A DNA stretch of 52,702 nucleotides from an uncultured Myxococcales bacterium. Its GTDB lineage: Bacteria > Myxococcota_A > Polyangia > Fen-1088. The notes under the pieces were generated by a model. That model was not told where the DNA came from, searched no databases, and saw only the letters and a program-made list of their open reading frames with translations. Both the position numbers and the translations under genes were made by a program. Numbering within the stretch: position 1 is the stretch's first letter; each line of letters begins with the position of its first letter. Below are positions 8,008 through 16,680 of the stretch, in pieces. The stretch lies in the NCBI GenBank assembly GCA_964618005.1, contig CAZTZM010000095.1:1-52702 (forward strand), in the 5' to 3' direction.

Positions 8008-8439
8008 ATGCACTACACGGCCGTCGTGACGAAGGAAGGCAAGCAGACGCTGGCGGAATTCCCGGGCTGTCCGGGATGCCAGACGTTCGCCGATCCCAGT
8101 GAGGACATCGCGGAGCGTGCTGAGGAGGCGCTGGCCGGTTGGCTGGAGGCTCACCTCGCCTCAGGGCAAGCTCCGCCGGAGCCGAAGAAACTGCGCTCGA
8201 AGGGACGAGGGCGAACCATAGAGGTTCCGGTGCCGGCGAAGCTGGCGGTCAAGCTGGCCGTGCGATGGGCGCGGAAGCGAGCGGGCATGACGCAGGCGGA
8301 TCTGGCTCGTCGGGCAGGCCTGACCCAACCCGCCGTCGCGCGCCTCGAAGACCCCGACTACAATCCCACGCTCGACATGCTGGAGCGCGTGGCCGCTGCG
8401 CTGGGCACGCGGCTCGAGGTCGATCTCAGAGCCGCCTGA
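8008..8439 (+). CDS. hicB: HicB-family antitoxin with a C-terminal XRE-type HTH
   Basis: MHYTAVVTKEGKQTLAEFPGCPGCQTFADPSEDIAERAEEALAGWLE matches the HicB N-domain. MTQADLARRAGLTQPAVARLE matches an HTH. The gene starts 6 nt after the hicA stop. Confidence 0.9.
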   Translation: MHYTAVVTKEGKQTLAEFPGCPGCQTFADPSEDIAERAEEALAGWLEAHLASGQAPPEPKKLRSKGRGRTIEVPVPAKLAVKLAVRWARKRAGMTQADLARRAGLTQPAVARLEDPDYNPTLDMLERVAAALGTRLEVDLRAA

Positions 8440-8609
8440 TTGTCGCAAGAGCGCCACCCAGAGCCCCGTAGGCGCTCCGGCAGGACCGATGGCACATGTG
8501 GGGCGTCGTTAGCCACTTCCGGTTGGCCGCGCCATTGGGCATCGCTTCCGTTGCCGAGCGGCACGCCGCGCGAGGCGCGTTCGGTGACTATCGGGGCGAC
8601 CGTGGCTCG

Positions 8610-10721
8610 TCAGGGCGCGCGGGGCGGGCCGATCTGCGGCGTGCGCACGGGCCTGGCCATCCCGTAGAAGACCGTGACGCCGTTGCCACCGCACCGGGTG
8701 GAGTCAGCTTCGGGCGGGTTGCCAAAGCAGCTGTCGGAGTTCTGCCAGTTGTCGGCGACCCAGACGTTGCCCGCAGGATCGATCGCGACGTCGGTCAGCC
8801 ACTGGATGCCGCCGCCGACGTAGCCCCCCGGAGGCGAGATGGGGTCGCCTGTCTTCATGCCGGCGGGGCAGGTCTCGGGGCTCGCGCCGCACAGCCGCAC
8901 CAGGTTCGAGCCGACGAGTGTGGAGATCCAGACCTGATCGTTGCCGTCGATGGCGACGCCCCAGGGTGCCCACAACGCCCCACCGGCGGTGAACGTCGAG
9001 CCGCCGGGAGCCTGGTTCCCGTCCGGCTGGAGCATCGTGACGTTGCCCTGGCGATGGCTCTTTGCGTAGTCGACGATCGCCTGGTGGATCTCCTGGGTCT
9101 TGCCCGTGAGCTTCAGCGCGAGCAGCTTCGCCTTCTCCTCGGGCTTGAGCCCGCTGCCGAGCGTGTCGGCGATCCAGGCGTTGCCCTTGCTGTCGATCGC
9201 CATCCCCTTGCCGCTGTGGCCGCCGAGCTTGAAGACTTCGACCTTACTCGGGTCGGCTGCCGAAAATCGGGTCACGGTGTCGGTCATGACGCTGGTGATC
9301 CAGATGCGGTCCTGCTGATCGATGGCCAGGTGAAATGCGCCATTGAGCTTGCAGGCGCTGTCCTTGTTCGGTTTGCCGTCGTTGCTTCGGCAGAGGAACT
9401 GCACGCGCGCGGGGTCGCCCCCGGGGAGGTGGACGACCTGATCCTTCTCGAAGTCCAACGCCCACACGTCGCCGTTCGGCGCGACGATGATCCCCTGCAT
9501 GAGGCCGAGCTGACCGCCGAAGTTGTACCCGCCGGACGGCGACAGCGGGTTACCGTCGCGGTCGAAGTGCGAGATCGTCCGACCGATCGTGCTGTCGATC
9601 CAGACGGTGCCGTCGGCGGCTACCGCGGTCCCGAACCCTGGACCGAGCACACCGCCACCGGTGAATCCGGTCGTCATGGGGGAGAGGGGTTTTCCGTTGG
9701 GCGCGATCTCGGACAGGTTCCCGTCCCACAGGGCGTCGCGCGCCTGCGACCCGACGATGAAGTTGTCGCCGGTCCACAGGTTCCCCTCGGCGTCGAACGC
9801 CAACTTGCCCGGTCCGCTCAAACCGCCGCCCGTGAACTTGAGCGGAAGCGTCCAGGCGCTCGGCGCGTTGCTGAGGTAGGGCATGTACGGGGTCCGCCGC
9901 AGCGACTGTCCCTTGGCGATGGGGTAGAGCTCGTTCAGCAACGCGAGCAGCTTCCCAGTATCGCGCGCGGGGTTCCGGGCGATCGTTTGCGCCGCGGCCA
10001 GCGTGTCCTTCGGCGTGTCACCACCGGCGGCCACCGCCGTGAAGAGCTTCTGGCACGCGTCTTCCCTCACCTCGGTCGTGCAACCCGCCAGTAGACTGCC
10101 CAGGGTCGCGAAGTTCGCCATCGTCGGGGTCTCGGTGCTGTTGAGCGCATCCTGGATCGCAGCGCCGTAGCCGCCGGTCTCGAGGTTGACGAAATTTGGC
10201 ACGTTGTCTGCGGCGATGCGGACGCCGAGCGCGGGGCCGCTGATCGCCTCGCCGTCGAGGAACTGCGTCGAGGTCCAGACCGACGCCACGGTCGTGAGCT
10301 CATTGACCGTGATCCGAGCCGGCGGCGTCGTACCCAGGACGCTCATGAGGGCGATCGCGTCGTTCGCGGCATCACCGATTGTGGAGGCCGGGTGGCCTCC
10401 CTGGGCCACAACGTAGAATACCGATGGCGAGCCACCACGCTGGCCCGGCGCAGAGAGCTTGAATCGCCCAGCGGCGTCCGTGCGGGACTGAGCGAGCCGC
10501 GACGGGCCCGTCTCACCGGTCGACCACAGCGTCACCGTCGAGGCGACGACCGGCGCTCCGCCGCCGAGGACCCTGCCCTCCAGCGCGCGCGCCGCGCCGC
10601 CGGGAGCGGACGCCTGGCCCACGGCCCGCGTCCGCTGGGCAGCCTGCGTCCGGTGGATGGCCAGCGCGGCGACCCCGACGACGAGGACCCCAGCCCACAA
10701 ACTCAGCCGCCCTGCCTTCAC
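8610..10721 (-). CDS. Secreted NHL-repeat/beta-propeller protein with an N-terminal signal peptide and a carboxypeptidase-regulatory-like domain (703 aa)
   Basis: Signal-like MKAGRLSLWAGVLVVGVAALA. Repeated G.AxDxxGNxWxxD motifs (AFDAEGNLWTGDN, AIDSKGNAWIADT, AIDPAGNVWVADN). GTG start preceded by GGGAGGA. Confidence 0.85.
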   Translation of the reverse strand: MKAGRLSLWAGVLVVGVAALAIHRTQAAQRTRAVGQASAPGGAARALEGRVLGGGAPVVASTVTLWSTGETGPSRLAQSRTDAAGRFKLSAPGQRGGSPSVFYVVAQGGHPASTIGDAANDAIALMSVLGTTPPARITVNELTTVASVWTSTQFLDGEAISGPALGVRIAADNVPNFVNLETGGYGAAIQDALNSTETPTMANFATLGSLLAGCTTEVREDACQKLFTAVAAGGDTPKDTLAAAQTIARNPARDTGKLLALLNELYPIAKGQSLRRTPYMPYLSNAPSAWTLPLKFTGGGLSGPGKLAFDAEGNLWTGDNFIVGSQARDALWDGNLSEIAPNGKPLSPMTTGFTGGGVLGPGFGTAVAADGTVWIDSTIGRTISHFDRDGNPLSPSGGYNFGGQLGLMQGIIVAPNGDVWALDFEKDQVVHLPGGDPARVQFLCRSNDGKPNKDSACKLNGAFHLAIDQQDRIWITSVMTDTVTRFSAADPSKVEVFKLGGHSGKGMAIDSKGNAWIADTLGSGLKPEEKAKLLALKLTGKTQEIHQAIVDYAKSHRQGNVTMLQPDGNQAPGGSTFTAGGALWAPWGVAIDGNDQVWISTLVGSNLVRLCGASPETCPAGMKTGDPISPPGGYVGGGIQWLTDVAIDPAGNVWVADNWQNSDSCFGNPPEADSTRCGGNGVTVFYGMARPVRTPQIGPPRAP

Positions 10722-10908
10722 GCCATCCTCCCGCGCCTATACTGGCACCTGAAACGCTAGTCACCCCCGCAATGACGGTAAGGCCGGGGTCGGCCTCAAA
10801 CCTCTGGCGCGGCTGGTCAGGAGCTCGTCGGAGTCGCAGATCTACTTGGCTGACCTCCGACGAATTGTTGATCGCTGCCGCCGGTCTCGCCGGCGTCAAG
10901 CGCGACGA

Positions 10909-11832
10909 TCATCGCCTGTTCGGATTTCGCGTTCGTTTTTGTGCCCTGCTTGTGCCCCGAGCCTGAGTAGCGACCTTGTTTGACGCCGCGGCTGAGCCGC
11001 CTCCTTTCGCGGACTTCGCTCGTCGCCTCCTCGGCAGCTTGGCTGGGGTGTGGGACCGATCCGCGGCGCCGCCAGAGCCCGCGGGAGCGGCCCTGCCCGT
11101 CGAGGACTCCAACTCGATCCCGAAGAGCGCCGAAAGATCGGTGCCCTTGATGACCTTGTGGCGCTTCGCGCGGCCCGCGAGGCGCGGCGCCGCCTCGGCG
11201 GCGCCGCCGACGAGCTCGGTGTGGTCCACCCCCCGAAGCTCGAAGAACAGCTCGGGGTTCTGTTCAAAGCGAACGCCGACGCCGTACAGCGTGGCGGCGA
11301 TGTGCTTACACATCCCTGCCCAGTCCGGGCACGAGCACTCGAAGGAGATCTCGTTCGGCGACGGAAACAGGCCGCCCTGCTTGCGGGTGACGAGCTCCAG
11401 GACCTGCGTCGGCAGCCGTCCGCGCAGGAGATCGACCAGCGAGTCGATCTGCCTGGTGCACTCGGACGCGAGCTGGCTCCAGCTCTTCGGCGGCAGCGAC
11501 CGGATCGCCACGTCGACCTGATAGGTCGACGTCCCGCTCACGAGGGCGGTGACCTTGCCGGCACCGATCTGCAGATCGATGACAGCGCCGTGCCGGACGT
11601 AGCTCCTGCCGCGCGGCAGGCGGTTTTCATAGTCGCGGTACGATTCCAGGTTGTCGCACCATGCCTTGCCCCAGAAGGTACGAACCAGCTTGTTACCAGC
11701 GATCGGACCAACCGGCGAGAGGCTGCGCTTCTGCTTACGCGCGATCTTCTCGGCGGCCGCGCGGGCCCGGGCACGGCGCGTCCCCACGGACACGTACTCT
11801 GGAAATTCGAAGCCTCCGCCATACCAGGCCAT
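10909..11832 (-). CDS. SWIM zinc-finger protein (307 aa), the usual partner of the downstream SNF2 helicase
   Basis: SFECSCPDWAGMCKHIAATLYGV is a SWIM CxC...CxH motif. The gene starts 6 nt after the SNF2 stop. Confidence 0.85.
   Translation of the reverse strand: MAWYGGGFEFPEYVSVGTRRARARAAAEKIARKQKRSLSPVGPIAGNKLVRTFWGKAWCDNLESYRDYENRLPRGRSYVRHGAVIDLQIGAGKVTALVSGTSTYQVDVAIRSLPPKSWSQLASECTRQIDSLVDLLRGRLPTQVLELVTRKQGGLFPSPNEISFECSCPDWAGMCKHIAATLYGVGVRFEQNPELFFELRGVDHTELVGGAAEAAPRLAGRAKRHKVIKGTDLSALFGIELESSTGRAAPAGSGGAADRSHTPAKLPRRRRAKSAKGGGSAAASNKVATQARGTSRAQKRTRNPNRR
10937..10960 (-). promoter_or_regulatory. Second copy of the 24-nt sigma-54-like element (TCGGGGCACAAGCAGGGCACAAAA on the minus strand)
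   Basis: 23/24 identical to 4577-4600. It lies inside the 3' end of the SWIM gene, ~210 nt upstream of the NHL-protein start (10721). Confidence 0.35.
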
Positions 11833-11837
11833 CTGGG

Positions 11838-14579
11838 TCAGCCTTCCGCCAGCGCGGTCCGGATGTCAATCGCCACCAGGCGCAACAGCTGTTCGTCGTC
11901 GAGCTCGGTTAGCTTCACCTCGTCCGTGCCCTCGAGGATCTGTCGGGCCAGATCCTGCTTGGATTCGATGAGCGCGTCGATCTTCTCCTCGATGGTGCCC
12001 CGGCAGACGAACTTGTGCACGAGCACCCCGCTCTTTTGGCCGATGCGATAGGCGCGGTCGGTCGCCTGGCTCTCGACGGCGGGGTTCCACCACCGATCGA
12101 AGTGGATCACGTGGCGGGCCGCGGTGAGGTTGAGACCGGTGCCGCCGGCCTTCAGCGAGAGAACGAAGAACGGCGGGCCGTCCTCCCGCTGAAACTGCTC
12201 GACGAGCTCCATGCGCTTCTTGACCTCCGTCTCACCCGAGAGCACGAGGCCCCGCCGTCCAAAGACACCTGCGAGAAAGTCCGCCAGCGGACGGGTCATC
12301 TCGCGGAACTGGGTGAAGATCAGCGCCTTCTCCTGCCTGGCCGCGATCTCCTCGGCGAGCTCGGCGAGGCGTGCGAACTTTCCGCTCTCGGCGGGCGCGT
12401 ATGAACCATCGGCCAGCCAGTGCGACGGGTGATTGCAGATCTGTTTGAGCCGCATGAGCGACGCGAGGACGACGCCGCGGCGCTTCATGCCGTCGGCGCT
12501 CCGCAGCGCCTGTCGCAGCTCCTCAACCGTCTGTTGATAGAGGGCGACCTGCTTCTTCGTGAGGCCACAGAAGGCGCGCACCTCGGTCTTGTCCGGGAGA
12601 TCCGCGATCACGCGCTTGTCACTCTTCAGCCGTCGGAGAATGTAGGGACGCACCAACTCGCGCAGCGGGCCGTAGCCACCGCGGGAACGCTTCTCGGCCG
12701 ACCTGACGAAGCGACCGAACGCCTTGGCCGAGCCGAGCAGGCCAGGGCAGGTGAAATCGAACAGCGACCAGAGATCGCCCAATCGATTCTCGACCGGCGT
12801 GCCGGTCAGCGCCAGGCGGATCCCCGCGCGCAACGTCTTGACCGCGCGGGTCTGCTTGGCGCCCGGGTTCTTGATGGCTTGAGCCTCGTCGAGGACGACC
12901 ACGTTCCAGGATCGAGAGGTCAGGCCCGCGACACGTTGCAAGGTGCCGTAGGTCGTGATGACGACATCGCGCTCCGAGAGCGCCTCCGGAGTCAGGGAAC
13001 CGAGCTCCGACGGCGGGACCTCGGAAGGATGCGCGACGAAAACAGTGAGGTTCGGAGCGAAGCGTCCGATCTCGGCGCGCCAGTTCGCGATCAGCGACGC
13101 GGGCACGACCAGGAGGCTGGGCTCGTTCGCGGCGCTGCCCTTCTTCTTCAGCAACACGAGCAGCGCGATGACCTGCAGGGTCTTCCCCAACCCCATGTCG
13201 TCGGCGAGGCATCCGCCCAGACCCAAGCTCCGAAGCCACCAGAGCCACCGGAGCCCGACCTTCTGATAGGGACGCAGCTCGGCGCGGAGCGACGGCCCTG
13301 GATCGAGATCGGCGAGCGTTTCGGGACTGCGCAAGCCTGCCAGAGCCTTCGCCAGAGATTCTCCCGCGACCACCTTCGACCACTCGGCTGCGTCACCACC
13401 GGGCGCCTCCGCGCCGCCTTCCCCGATGTGAGCCCCGGCGAGCAGCCTCAATCCTTCAACGACGGATAGCCCCCCGGTCGCGTGAGCCGCTTCGAAGATC
13501 GACCAGCGATCGAGCACCTGGCGCAGCCGTTCGTGGTCGACCTCGACCCAGCGGCCGCGTACCAGCGCCAGACCGTCCGTGCCGTCGAGGAGCGCGCGGA
13601 GCTCACGGTCCGTGAGCGTCTCCCCATCGAGGGTGACTTCGACAGAGAAGTCGAGGATGGCGTCGGCGCCGATGCCCTTTCCGGGAGCCTTGCCCAACGT
13701 GACCTGCACCTCGGGACGCGGCGGGCGCTTCGCCCGCCACGCCGCCGGCATCCGCACGACAAGGCCGGCGCTCTCCAGGAGCGGCACGTCGGTCAAGAAC
13801 CGATGCGCCTCCGCCGGCGTCCAGGCGAGCGTCTCGAACACGGCGCCTTCATCGACCAGATCTTTGGCGACGGCGCTCGTCCGCGCGGCGCGCTGGACGG
13901 GCTCGAGCAGGGCCAGAAGCGCCGCCTTGTTGCGGGCGCCGGCGTACTCACGCAAGGCTTGAGCGAGGGGGAGATGCTGGGCTTTCGCCCGCGCGGACAA
14001 TCGTGTCGTGTAGGTCGCCAGGAAGGCGAAGGGCGCTTCGGGATCGTTCTTGTTCTCCGCGAGGTGGAAGCAGACGCGGCCGACGAGGTTCCAGGCGGGG
14101 CTTGCCTGCCGCAAGAACGCCTCGACTGTGCCGTCCCAGGTGGCGAGCTCGTCACGAACGGCGGAGGCCATCCGCGCACACAGGTCCGAGAGAACGGTTG
14201 GTGTGAGGTACTCGCCTCCGGTCATCGGCGGGGACGCGGCTGCCAGCGCGGCCAGCTCGTCCGCCGGGACCTCCACGGCGATCTTCGTGCGCAGCGTTTC
14301 GAGGTCCTCGGTGGCGCACAACCGCACCACGAACGCTCGCCCCACGTCGCGCCAGAAGCCCAACACACCGGGCAGGGTCGTCTCCGGTTCCGCGGCACCC
14401 AGCCGGAACACGCCGTGCCCATCGCCGCGCTCGAAATGCTTCGCGATCTGCGCGAGAGATGATTTGACGTCGGATCCCGCGGTTACCTCGACGTGGACGC
14501 GGCCTTGCGGGGATAGCGAGATCGAGAGCGCCGGCGTCGGCGTCGGCGAGCTACCCTCCAACGTTTCAGCCGCAGCCAT
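11838..14579 (-). CDS. SNF2-family helicase with an N-terminal SNF2-helicase-associated domain (913 aa)
   Basis: LRPYQKVGLRWLWWL, CLADDMGLGKT (motif I), LDEAQAIKN (motif II), LALTGTPVENRL (motif III), QATDRAYRIGQ (motif VI). Confidence 0.95.
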   Translation of the reverse strand: MAAAETLEGSSPTPTPALSISLSPQGRVHVEVTAGSDVKSSLAQIAKHFERGDGHGVFRLGAAEPETTLPGVLGFWRDVGRAFVVRLCATEDLETLRTKIAVEVPADELAALAAASPPMTGGEYLTPTVLSDLCARMASAVRDELATWDGTVEAFLRQASPAWNLVGRVCFHLAENKNDPEAPFAFLATYTTRLSARAKAQHLPLAQALREYAGARNKAALLALLEPVQRAARTSAVAKDLVDEGAVFETLAWTPAEAHRFLTDVPLLESAGLVVRMPAAWRAKRPPRPEVQVTLGKAPGKGIGADAILDFSVEVTLDGETLTDRELRALLDGTDGLALVRGRWVEVDHERLRQVLDRWSIFEAAHATGGLSVVEGLRLLAGAHIGEGGAEAPGGDAAEWSKVVAGESLAKALAGLRSPETLADLDPGPSLRAELRPYQKVGLRWLWWLRSLGLGGCLADDMGLGKTLQVIALLVLLKKKGSAANEPSLLVVPASLIANWRAEIGRFAPNLTVFVAHPSEVPPSELGSLTPEALSERDVVITTYGTLQRVAGLTSRSWNVVVLDEAQAIKNPGAKQTRAVKTLRAGIRLALTGTPVENRLGDLWSLFDFTCPGLLGSAKAFGRFVRSAEKRSRGGYGPLRELVRPYILRRLKSDKRVIADLPDKTEVRAFCGLTKKQVALYQQTVEELRQALRSADGMKRRGVVLASLMRLKQICNHPSHWLADGSYAPAESGKFARLAELAEEIAARQEKALIFTQFREMTRPLADFLAGVFGRRGLVLSGETEVKKRMELVEQFQREDGPPFFVLSLKAGGTGLNLTAARHVIHFDRWWNPAVESQATDRAYRIGQKSGVLVHKFVCRGTIEEKIDALIESKQDLARQILEGTDEVKLTELDDEQLLRLVAIDIRTALAEG

Positions 14580-14739
14580 GTGATCGTGACGCTGGGTTCA
14601 CGCGGCGGTGAATCTCGAGCAGCGCGGTGTCGTTGGGGTTGTAGTCGGGATCGTCGGGAGCGAACAGCTCGACGGCCACGCGGAGGTTCTGCATCTTCGC
14701 CATAGTCCAGAGCTTGCCGAAGCCGGCGACGCGGGTCAT
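14566..14739 (-). CDS. Small ORF (57 aa) just upstream of and overlapping the SNF2 start; below the track's size cut-off
   Basis: My own translation: MTRVAGFGKLWTMAKMQNLRVAVELFAPDDPDYNPNDTALLEIHRRVNPASRSHGCG*. Very high GC3 over the first ~45 codons. An in-frame TGA sits directly upstream of the ATG. Confidence 0.3.
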   Translation of the reverse strand: MTRVAGFGKLWTMAKMQNLRVAVELFAPDDPDYNPNDTALLEIHRRVNPASRSHGCG

Positions 14740-15192
14740 CCGGCCAGAGTTTAATCGTCATCGAATCGCCTGGCTCGTCAGATCCAGTTCTCTGCCACCG
14801 GACCTTCGATGTCGCCCGCCAGCGAGCGGCCCAGCGAACCCGGCCGTCGACATCGCGCTGCGCCTGTTGGCCGCGACGCACTGATGGCGCGCCCTGCGGG
14901 CGGAAAACAAAGGGTGGTCGACTCGCCTCAGGTGCGGATGGGGACGTCGAGGGCACGGAGCGCGAGGACGAGAGCGAGCATTCCCTCGCGAGTGCCCTGA
15001 ATGCCGCGAAAAGCGCGAGGTCGGGTTAAAACGCCGCTGCGCCGCCCGTAGGGTGCGCAGGAAGGGAGATCGCGACATGACCGTCGACACCACACCCAAG
15101 CTGATCAACGGGCCGGTGGCGTGGCGCCTTTGTCGACAGACGCCCCACGACGAAGGCGCGCCTGGGGCCGCACGCGGGGAAGGGGCCCGAGG

Positions 15193-15780
15193 GTGACCGT
15201 CCGGGTCCCGCTCGCCGAGTTCCGGGCCCTGCCCCTCGAAGCGCACGCGCTCCTCGCGGATGTCCCCCTCCGGGACGTCAGCGCCATCGATCTGCCCGGT
15301 GGGGGGACGTCACGGACGCTGAGCGACATCAGGGCCCTGACCCCGCCGGGCGGCCTCCTGCAGGCAACCCCTGTTACCCGCGCCCTGTTCGGCCTGCGGC
15401 TGTGGCTGGGGCGGGTGCTCGGGTGGGATCGGCCCGAGCTCGACGGCGCTGGAGCGTCGTATCTGCCGCGCGTGAGCGAGGACTTGCGGGCCCGCTCCGC
15501 CGTCGCGCCCGGCACGATGGAAGAGGGATTCCGCCTGCTCTACCTGCTGGGCGGCGAATCGCTGTCGGAGATCCGCAACGCCACCGCCCATGCTTTCCTG
15601 TGCGCGGCGTTGCGCCCGAGCCCGGACGGCTATCGGCTCTACTGGGGCATCTACGTCAAGTCCACGTCCTGGCTGACACCGATCTACATGGCCCTCATCG
15701 AGCCTTTCCGGCGCTTACTGGTCTATCCCGCCATGCTCGCTCGGCTTCGCCGCGCCTGGATCGCCCGCTACCACCGCTGA
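15193..15780 (+). CDS. DUF2867-family protein
   Basis: The C-terminal two thirds of track ORF 15121-15780 (LYWGIYVKSTSWLTPIYMALIEPFRRLLVYPAMLARL) fit DUF2867. The Arg-rich first 24 codons look non-coding, so I prefer the GTG at 15193. Confidence 0.6.
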   Translation: MTVRVPLAEFRALPLEAHALLADVPLRDVSAIDLPGGGTSRTLSDIRALTPPGGLLQATPVTRALFGLRLWLGRVLGWDRPELDGAGASYLPRVSEDLRARSAVAPGTMEEGFRLLYLLGGESLSEIRNATAHAFLCAALRPSPDGYRLYWGIYVKSTSWLTPIYMALIEPFRRLLVYPAMLARLRRAWIARYHR

Positions 15781-15978
15781 CGACGATTCTCCGGGGTCGA
15801 AAACCGCGCGGATCTCTTGTCGCGCCGCTCGTCCTGATCGAGCATGGGCGCATGTCTCGCTCTCAGGCCGGTTGGCTCATGGCGCCGCGGGTTCTCGAAT
15901 CAAGTGGCGTTCGCGCGTGATCTGCCTCGCTTGTACCCTCTGAACGTTGCCGACCTCGAGGCCCTCAAGACCTGAGCG

Positions 15979-16618
15979 ATGCGACAGATCCTCGTCTACG
16001 GAGACTCGCTCACCTGGGGCATCATCCCGCTGACGCGCAAACGGCTCGAGTTTGCGCGGCGCTGGCCGGGCGTGCTCGAGCGCGAGCTCGCGAGCCGGGG
16101 GGCTGCCGTCCGTGTGCTCGAGGACTGCCTGAACGGGCGTCGGACCGTGTGGGACGATCCCTTCAAGCCGGGCCGAAACGGGTTGGTCGGTCTCGCGCAG
16201 CGGGTCGAGATGCACGCGCCGCTCTCCCTCGTCGTCTTGATGCTGGGCACGAACGACTTTCAGGTGATGCATGCCCACGACGCCTGGATGTCGGCGCAGG
16301 GCATCGCGGCCCTCGTGCACGCGATTCGCACGGCTCCCATCGAGCCGGGGATGCCCGTCCCGCCGGTGTTGATCGTCGCGCCGCCTCTGCTCCGGAGCCC
16401 CAAGGGCCCGATCGCGCCGAAGTTTCGCCGGGGGCGAGGTGAAGTGCGTGGGACTCGTCGAGGCCTTCCGGCAGGTCGCCGCTGACCTCAACTGCCCGTT
16501 CTTCGACGCCAACACAGTGACGACATCAAGCGAGGTGGACGGTGTCCACCTGGATGAAGACCAGCACCGCGCGCTCGGTCTGGCGCTCGCTGACGTCATC
16601 GCCGCGCTCTTGCCGTAA
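15979..16618 (+). pseudogene. SGNH/GDSL arylesterase-acyltransferase (MsAcT-like), with a +1 frameshift before the catalytic Asp-His
   Basis: The N-terminus ILVYGDSLTWG is block I (GDS). The track ORF ends in junk (RRGRGEVRGTRRG*). Shifting one base after ...PKF (16423-16434) gives AGGEVKCVGLVEAFRQVAADLNCPFFDANTVTTSSEVDGVHLDEDQHRALGLALADVIAALLP*, which contains the DGVH block V. Confidence 0.8.
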
Positions 16619-16644
16619 GCCGGCGTCGCCGCGTCGCTTCAGTT

Positions 16645-16680
16645 GTCGAGGAACGTGTCGAGGAACGTGTCGAGGAACGC
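16645..16680. repeat. 3 x 12-bp tandem repeat GTCGAGGAACG(T/C) between the convergent SGNH and flotillin genes
   Basis: Read directly. The units are 16645-56, 16657-68 and 16669-80, and the last base overlaps the flotillin stop codon. Confidence 0.9.

Noticed and set aside
10745-10760. Plus-strand TGGCAC-N5-ACGC sigma-54-like match upstream of nothing
   Set aside because: There is no plus-strand gene for >4 kb downstream. It lies in the 5' region of the minus-strand NHL gene, so it is probably a chance match.
14960-15000. Small hairpin (CATTC...GAATG around a CTCGCGAG palindrome) upstream of the SNF2 operon
   Set aside because: The stem is only 5 bp with a large loop, so it is not distinguishable from chance in GC-rich DNA.
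16645-16680. Possibility that the 12-bp tandem repeat is a mini CRISPR array
   Set aside because: The units are directly adjacent with no spacers, each is only 12 bp, and there are no cas genes in the window.
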